Virus record (IMG/VR): IMGVR_UViG_3300010398_000027
Span: 1-31,749 of that record
From: a virus
Taxonomy: Duplodnaviria; Caudoviricetes
Reading direction: 5' to 3' (one strand)
DNA: 31,749 bases
The notes beneath the pieces are model-generated. The model was not told the DNA's origin. It saw nothing but the letters and a program-made list of their open reading frames with translations, and made no database searches. This document shows positions 26,605 through 31,749 of this stretch, piece by piece; positions within the stretch are counted from its first letter, which is position 1; each line of letters starts with the position of its first letter. Both the position numbers and the translations under genes were made by a program.

Positions 26605-26679
26605 TGGTTGCGGGGCCAGGATTCGAACCCGGCTCAACACCTAACAGAGGTGCCATGCTACCCACTACACCACCCCGCG
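26605..26679 (-). tRNA. tRNA-like gene: fMet-type acceptor stem, atypical anticodon loop centred on UGU
   Basis: CGCGGGG TG GTGT AGTGGGTA GCAT G GCACC TCTGTTA GGTGT TGAG CCGGG TTCGAAT CCTGG CCCCGCA A CCA folds into a 75-nt cloverleaf with encoded CCA. Confidence 0.88.
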
Positions 26680-28563
26680 GAAGCCGATCATGTTGACCGG
26701 GTTGGCAAAGCCCATGTAGTTCTGCATCAGGTTGGGGATGGTCGGCACGGGCGCCGGCACATACGCCGGCTGCGACGAACCCGGTGGTGGTCCAGCGGTG
26801 GCCGGCGGGCTGCTGATCGACGGCGGGTTGAAGTAGCCCGGCGCGGCACTGAGAAAACCGGGGGGTGGACCAGCGCTCGGGGGCGGCGGCGCGGCCTGCG
26901 GATTGAAGGTCGGGCCGCTCGAGCCGCCGGCGGGCTGGCCGTTGACGTTGACGTTGACCGTTGGCTGCTGGCCGGCGCCCTGTGCCTGCGCCTGCGCCTG
27001 CGCCTGGCCCGCCTGGTGGCCGGCGGCGAAGGACTGCAGCAACGCCGGCATGGGTGGGCCCTGCGGGATCTGCACCGGCGCGAACTGCTGCGACGCCAAC
27101 CGCTGCGCCATCTCGTCCATCACCTCGCGGAACGCGGCCGCGCCGGCGGTGCTGCCCCGCGGCGCGTACTGGTTCATCGACGCCATCTGGCCGAGGGCCG
27201 CGCTGCCCAGCTGCGCGTACTGGTTCGCCCTCTGGGCCATCGCCGACTGCAGCGCGTTGGTACCGGCCATCTGCTGGCCGTACTGGTTCTGCTGATAGTT
27301 GGCCGCGGCCACGCTCGCGGCGTACGGCGTGGTGCCCGCCGTCGCGGCGCGGAAGTAATCCGCCATTGCGTCGTTGGCCTGCTTGGTCGCCTCGTCGGGA
27401 CTCAGGCCGGAGCCGGGGCCGAAGAACTGGTTGTGAATGTCCTTGATGGCTTGCAACTGTTGCTGCAGGCCGTACATCGGCCCCTGCAACTTTTCCTGGA
27501 TGCCGGCCAGCGTGGCCTGGGCCGTGGCCTGGCTGGCGGCGCCGGCGCCAGCCGCCTGCGCGGTCTGCGCGGCCTGCAGGCCCGGTGCGCCGGGAATGAG
27601 CGCGCGCTGGTAGTCGGCCTGGGCGTTGGTGAGACCCGTATCAGCAACGGACTTCCCGGCCTGGGCTCTGGCGAGGTCCGACTGCGCATCCGTCAGGCCG
27701 ACTTGCGATTGGGTGAGGCTGACATCGGCCTGTTGCTTGTTGACCAGACCAGGCAGCAGCGTGTCGATCTGTGTTTTCTGCGCCTTGAGCAGGTCGGCCT
27801 GGGCGTTGAGCTGGTCGGTTTCAGGACCTGCTTTCGCCTTGGCAATGTCTGCCTGTGTCTGCTTGAGGGCCGCATCGGCCGCAGCCGATCCGGCCTGCGC
27901 CGCGACGAGCGCCTTCTGGGTATCGGCCCCGTTGAGCAGGACGTCGGCCTGCGCCTTCGCGGTGGCCGCGTCCTGGTCGGCTTTCTTGATCTGTGCCTGG
28001 ACCAGGGCTACCTGATTGGGATCGACGGTCTTGATCGCGTTGGTCAGCGCGGTGGAGTACGCGGCGTTGGCCGTCTCGACTCGCTGTTGCGCGCTCGAGA
28101 GCGTCGAGTACGCCGACTGCAGCTGTTGCGTGGCCGAGGCGAGCGCGTTCTGCTGCGTGATGTCGCCGCCGGTGACCGCGGCCTGCAGTTTGTCGACCTG
28201 GCCCTTGGCCGCGTTGACCTGCTCCCACATCTTCGCAGCGTCGACATTGGCCTGCTGGACTTCCTTGGCGGCCTGCTCGGTGGCCTGGTCGACCGTGAAC
28301 ATGCCCTGCGGACCCTGCGGCGCGCCGATCGTCGGCGCCGTCGGCGGCGTGGTGCCCGTGCCGGGACTGGGCGGCCCCTGCACCGGTGGTGGCGCCTGCC
28401 GTTGCGACGCGTTCGGATCGACGTTGGGTGCGGTGGGCACCTGGTCGCTCGGGGCCGTGTAGGGCGTGCCTGGCCCGCCCGGTTGCGGCGCCGGCTGGCC
28501 GGTCGCGGAGTCGACCCAGACCCATTGACCGGTGGCCGGATCCTGGCGCGGAACGATCGGCAT
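26665..28563 (-). CDS. Coiled-coil internal virion/ejection-like protein
   Basis: Long Ala/Gln helical region with Pro-rich termini; its stop codon lies within the tRNA D-arm. Confidence 0.75.
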   Translation of the reverse strand: MPIVPRQDPATGQWVWVDSATGQPAPQPGGPGTPYTAPSDQVPTAPNVDPNASQRQAPPPVQGPPSPGTGTTPPTAPTIGAPQGPQGMFTVDQATEQAAKEVQQANVDAAKMWEQVNAAKGQVDKLQAAVTGGDITQQNALASATQQLQSAYSTLSSAQQRVETANAAYSTALTNAIKTVDPNQVALVQAQIKKADQDAATAKAQADVLLNGADTQKALVAAQAGSAAADAALKQTQADIAKAKAGPETDQLNAQADLLKAQKTQIDTLLPGLVNKQQADVSLTQSQVGLTDAQSDLARAQAGKSVADTGLTNAQADYQRALIPGAPGLQAAQTAQAAGAGAASQATAQATLAGIQEKLQGPMYGLQQQLQAIKDIHNQFFGPGSGLSPDEATKQANDAMADYFRAATAGTTPYAASVAAANYQQNQYGQQMAGTNALQSAMAQRANQYAQLGSAALGQMASMNQYAPRGSTAGAAAFREVMDEMAQRLASQQFAPVQIPQGPPMPALLQSFAAGHQAGQAQAQAQAQGAGQQPTVNVNVNGQPAGGSSGPTFNPQAAPPPPSAGPPPGFLSAAPGYFNPPSISSPPATAGPPPGSSQPAYVPAPVPTIPNLMQNYMGFANPVNMIGFRGVV

Positions 28564-28564
28564 C

Positions 28565-29626
28565 TCAGTGTCCCGGAATGCCCTGCCAGCGGCTCACGCC
28601 AGCCGGCACCGACCCGTAAAACGTCGGATACCAGCCCCGCTGCAGCGCCGTGTCCAGCGCGAAATCCACGCTCGCGCGCCAGGCTGCGGGGTCGCCGGGC
28701 TGAAAGCCGGTCTGTGCTGTGAACTCGTTGCCCAGGCCGGGTGTGGTGCCGTATTGCTGGTAGCCCGGCCCGCCATAGTGCAACTGGAACGGCCACCAGC
28801 TCGAGCCCGTGGCGAAGGTGCCGCGCACCGCGGGATTGGTGAACGCGGCCTGCTGCGGGTTGGACGGATCGTGGCCACCCTCGTTGTAGGCCACCGCCAT
28901 GGCCACCTGCGGATCGATGCCGCGCGCGCGCGCCGCCTGGTCGATGTAGTTTTGAATGTCACCAGGCTGCGGATTCGCGGCCGTCGTGCCGCCCAGATGC
29001 GCAACCAGGTCCGGATCGGGCTGTAGCGGCACGACGGCTTCGGGGCCTCGCTCGCCGAGCAGCGCCACCGTCGGCTGGGTGACGATGCCGCCGCTAGCCA
29101 TCGCCGGGATGCCGGGCCCTGGCATGCCCATGGGCGGCGGCGCGCCCGGTGGCGGACCGCCGGCGGGCAACGGCGGCAGGGCTGGGCCAACCGGCATCGG
29201 GGGCGGCGCGGACTGGGCCGCCAGGTGCTGCTGGGCGAGCGCGAGCGGCAGCGTCGAGCCCTCGAACGGAGGCGGCGGGTCGGTGCCGGCCGCGTCGTGC
29301 GACCAGCCCTGGATCTTCTGGGCGTTGGCGATCGCCTCCTTGAGGTCGGCGCCCTGATACAGCATCTGGCGCATCGGATAGACCTGTTGCAGCGCCTGGC
29401 CCGGCGGCATGCCCTGGCCCACCAGCGTGTGATACTGCGCGTCCGCGACCTGGGTGCTGCCCAGCGGCGTGAAATTCCAGCGCTGCACGACGTCGTCCTT
29501 GCTCAGTTGCTGGCCGCTGAGCGGCGAGCCCAGCCGATTGGCGATACCCGAGGCGTAGTCCTGCACGCGCTGCGCGAACGCGTCCACGGTCTGGCTGAGC
29601 AGGTCCTGCGAGGTCTGGCCGGCCAC
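28565..29626 (-). CDS. Virion protein with C-terminal lysozyme-like domain
   Basis: MASGGIVTQPTVALLGERGPEAVVPL motif; YIDQAARARGIDPQVAMAVAYNEGG...SSWWPFQL. Confidence 0.72.
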   Translation of the reverse strand: MAGQTSQDLLSQTVDAFAQRVQDYASGIANRLGSPLSGQQLSKDDVVQRWNFTPLGSTQVADAQYHTLVGQGMPPGQALQQVYPMRQMLYQGADLKEAIANAQKIQGWSHDAAGTDPPPPFEGSTLPLALAQQHLAAQSAPPPMPVGPALPPLPAGGPPPGAPPPMGMPGPGIPAMASGGIVTQPTVALLGERGPEAVVPLQPDPDLVAHLGGTTAANPQPGDIQNYIDQAARARGIDPQVAMAVAYNEGGHDPSNPQQAAFTNPAVRGTFATGSSWWPFQLHYGGPGYQQYGTTPGLGNEFTAQTGFQPGDPAAWRASVDFALDTALQRGWYPTFYGSVPAGVSRWQGIPGH

Positions 29627-29633
29627 CAGCGGA

Positions 29634-29771
29634 CTACTTCTTGCCCTTCCTGGCCTGGCGCTGGGTGTTCAGCGCGATCGCGATCGCTTGCTTCTGGGGC
29701 CGGCCCGCGGCCATCTCGGTCTTGATGTTCTTGCCGACGTCGGCCTGCTTGCTGCTTTTGCGGAGCGGCAT
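29634..29771 (-). CDS. Small basic phage protein
   Basis: MPLRKSSKQADVGKNIKTEMAAGRPQKQAIAIAL, resembling small basic proteins common near portal genes. Confidence 0.75.
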   Translation of the reverse strand: MPLRKSSKQADVGKNIKTEMAAGRPQKQAIAIALNTQRQARKGKK

Positions 29772-29788
29772 GATGACCAGGACCGCCA

Positions 29789-30043
29789 TCAGTGGCCGTT
29801 GCCGTTTTTGGTGGGCAGCGACTCGTGCAGAAAACCGCCGCCACGGCCACCGGTGGGCGTCATGCCGGTATGCACGCGGCACGGCGGACACGGATAGCTG
29901 TGGCGGTCGGCCTCGAGGACGCCCGGCTGCGGAGGGAGCAGCTGAGCGTTCAGCCGGGCCAGGCGGTCGAGCTCCGGGTAGCTGTTGGGACCCGCGGGCG
30001 AACCGGCATTCGACGGCCCGGACTCGGCCTTGCTGCGCGTCAT
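29789..30043 (-). CDS. Hypothetical protein
   Basis: ATGA-coupled; CPPCRVH. Confidence 0.6.
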   Translation of the reverse strand: MTRSKAESGPSNAGSPAGPNSYPELDRLARLNAQLLPPQPGVLEADRHSYPCPPCRVHTGMTPTGGRGGGFLHESLPTKNGNGH

Positions 30044-30210
30044 GGCTTGCGCATCCCCGGCGGGCCCGGCACGCGCGCGGCGCGCGACACCACGCGACCG
30101 GGGCTCGGTATGCCCGGCACACCACGCATGGGCCCGACTGGCGCCTTGGGCATTTTCGGCAACGCCACGCGCGGATTCGCCGGCGTCGGCGCTTTGGGAG
30201 CTCGAGGCAT
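30040..30210 (-). CDS. Small Pro/Arg/Lys-rich protein (not in ORF track)
   Basis: MPRAPKAPTPANPRVALPKMPK..., 56 aa, fills the operon gap exactly. Confidence 0.6.
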   Translation of the reverse strand: MPRAPKAPTPANPRVALPKMPKAPVGPMRGVPGIPSPGRVVSRAARVPGPPGMRKP

Positions 30211-30212
30211 CG

Positions 30213-30455
30213 CTACTTGCCTTTCTTGCCGCTCACGGCAATGCCGGGGAATTTCGCCGCGACCTTGCGTTTGATGGTCGCCTGCTCGGCCGGGCTGGCG
30301 TGCTGCGCCGCGCGGGCTAACGCGTTCCTGGCGTGAGCTTCGTCATTGATGGGATACGAGCCGGCGCCCTTGCCCTTGGGCCCCTCGCCTTTACCAGGCA
30401 GCGCAAACGACTTCGCGGGCAGCGCCTGGCGCTTCTTGCTGCTGAGCACCGCCAT
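30213..30455 (-). CDS. Small basic phage protein
   Basis: LSSKKRQALPAKSFALPG...YPINDEAHARNALAR, a recurrent phage motif. Confidence 0.8.
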   Translation of the reverse strand: MAVLSSKKRQALPAKSFALPGKGEGPKGKGAGSYPINDEAHARNALARAAQHASPAEQATIKRKVAAKFPGIAVSGKKGK

Positions 30456-30608
30456 CTACTTGCCCTTCTTGAGCGGCACGCCGCGTTTTGTATCCAGCGC
30501 GTTGTCGCGCGCCGAACCTTCCTTGACGCCGTGCGCTTTGTCCCAGGCCGCGTCTCTGGCCGGCGTCCACTTCTTGCCGCCCTTAGGTGGCGTTGCCCGT
30601 GTCGCCAC
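30456..30608 (-). CDS. Small basic protein (not in ORF track)
   Basis: GTG start; KKWTPARDAAWDKAHGVKEGSARDNALDTKRGVPLKKGK; stop abuts the next ATG. Confidence 0.65.
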   Translation of the reverse strand: MATRATPPKGGKKWTPARDAAWDKAHGVKEGSARDNALDTKRGVPLKKGK

Positions 30609-30798
30609 GATTCCAGCTGTAGGACTTCTTGGTGGCCGGCGACTCGTTCAGTACGTCGGGATCTTCCACGAAGTTGTTGACGTTGCCGTTCGACGAGACC
30701 GCCAGGCTCGAGTCGGCTGCGGCGGTGCCGCCGTTGCTGGGTTGCGGGTAGCTCGTACCTGCGCCAGTGCCAATGCTCGGCATGCGTTTGTTGGCCAT
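30583..30798 (-). CDS. Hypothetical protein
   Basis: GGAGG SD; follows the portal stop. Confidence 0.65.
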   Translation of the reverse strand: MANKRMPSIGTGAGTSYPQPSNGGTAAADSSLAVSSNGNVNNFVEDPDVLNESPATKKSYSWNRGDTGNAT

Positions 30799-30805
30799 GC
30801 GCTGC

Positions 30806-31749
30806 TTATCCTCCCGGAGGTGCTGCGGCCCCCGGCCCGACTACGGCGCCCGCCTGCTGCGAGGCGAGCACGTCCTGACGCATTGGACCTGCCCCGGTGG
30901 CACCCGCCATGATGCCACCGATGGCTGAGTTTACCGGCTGGGGCGGGTTGGTCCCCTGCAGTTGGCCGGTCGGCCCCGGCGGCGCGCCGTTGCCCGGCAG
31001 CGCCGCGGTGGGCGTGCCGTCCGGCATCGCCTGGCCGCCCTGGACCGCGGCGAACAACTGCGCCATCTTCTCGTCGTCCAGTTTCTTGCCCACCAGGTGG
31101 AACAGATACTGCTGGCCTTGCGGCGTCTGGAACAGCAGTTTCTCGGTCTGGATCTCGATCATCGTCTCGTCCGGCGACTCGTCGCCCAGCCCCTTCTCGA
31201 GCGCCTGGCGCAGCGGGATCCTGCCCTCGAGTGACCACTGCATGAGCATCTGCGCGTAGGGGAGGTTCTCGCCTTCTTCCGGCGGGTACTCGCACCAGAA
31301 GTCGTAGACGCCCTGCGCCATGTCCTGCGTCAATTCCTGCGCGGACCGCACGCTCTGCCGCATGCCCTTGGGTTGCACGCTGCAGTACACCGGCACAGTC
31401 ACGTTGTAGTTCTGGGCGATGCGGTCGGCGATCTCGGTGGCCATGCTGCCCACGAACGTCATGGCCTGCAGGCCACCGTTGAGCACGTCGTCGTAGGCGT
31501 CCTGCAGCATGCTGCGGATCAGCGCGCGGTCGTGGCCGCTGGTCGCGCCCGGCCCGCCGCCCGCGGCGCTCGAGGGCGCCTCCTCGTGCACGCTGCCGAG
31601 CATCAGCCCCATCAGCTCGTCGACGTCCTTGTTGGTGCCGGGGTGCGTGGCCGGCACCGGCTGCCCGGCCACGTACTGCGCCTTCATGGGCTGGATGGTG
31701 ATCTCGCGCGGACGGCCGTCCTCGAGCACCAGGTCGGGCGAGACATCCG
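30806..31749 (-). CDS. Probable portal protein, C-terminal part (5' end outside window)
   Basis: Helical body with a Pro/Gly/Gln-rich tail; position at the head of the structural operon. Confidence 0.55.
   Translation of the reverse strand, partial: DVSPDLVLEDGRPREITIQPMKAQYVAGQPVPATHPGTNKDVDELMGLMLGSVHEEAPSSAAGGGPGATSGHDRALIRSMLQDAYDDVLNGGLQAMTFVGSMATEIADRIAQNYNVTVPVYCSVQPKGMRQSVRSAQELTQDMAQGVYDFWCEYPPEEGENLPYAQMLMQWSLEGRIPLRQALEKGLGDESPDETMIEIQTEKLLFQTPQGQQYLFHLVGKKLDDEKMAQLFAAVQGGQAMPDGTPTAALPGNGAPPGPTGQLQGTNPPQPVNSAIGGIMAGATGAGPMRQDVLASQQAGAVVGPGAAAPPGG

Noticed and set aside
26641-26650. Ordinary tRNA-Asn(GUU), Gln(CUG) or Leu(UAG) reading
   Set aside because: These registers break the GCACC/GGUGU stem; the symmetric fold centres on UGU.
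26605-26679. tRNA fragment as att core / prophage boundary
   Set aside because: It is full length with an altered anticodon arm, has phage structural genes on both sides, and the integrase here is serine-type with its own candidate att site.

Overview
High-GC (roughly 70%) segment of a temperate, podovirus-like tailed phage. No host genes are visible, and phage-type genes lie on both sides of the integrase. Left part (1-7.1 kb): two divergent regulatory switches, each with an XRE repressor-like gene, plus an HTH-PAS protein, a large serine integrase with a probable attP inside its 3' end, small early genes and a C5 DNA methyltransferase. Right part (7.1-31.7 kb, nearly all minus strand): a late operon running from portal C-terminus through small basic proteins, internal/ejection proteins with muralytic domains, scaffold, major capsid, adaptor/nozzle and tail fibre to lysis. 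The most striking signal is a full 75-nt tRNA with an initiator (fMet-type, C1:A72) acceptor stem but a non-Met anticodon loop (UCUGUUA). That loop is exactly complementary to the SD-adjacent, AUG-less 5' end (CUA-ACA-GA) of the next gene, suggesting a dedicated non-AUG initiation or regulatory device. A second recoding candidate is a +1 frameshift (CCC-UUU-CGU-UGA) needed to make the complete endolysin. All product calls come from motif reading and gene order, not database searches.
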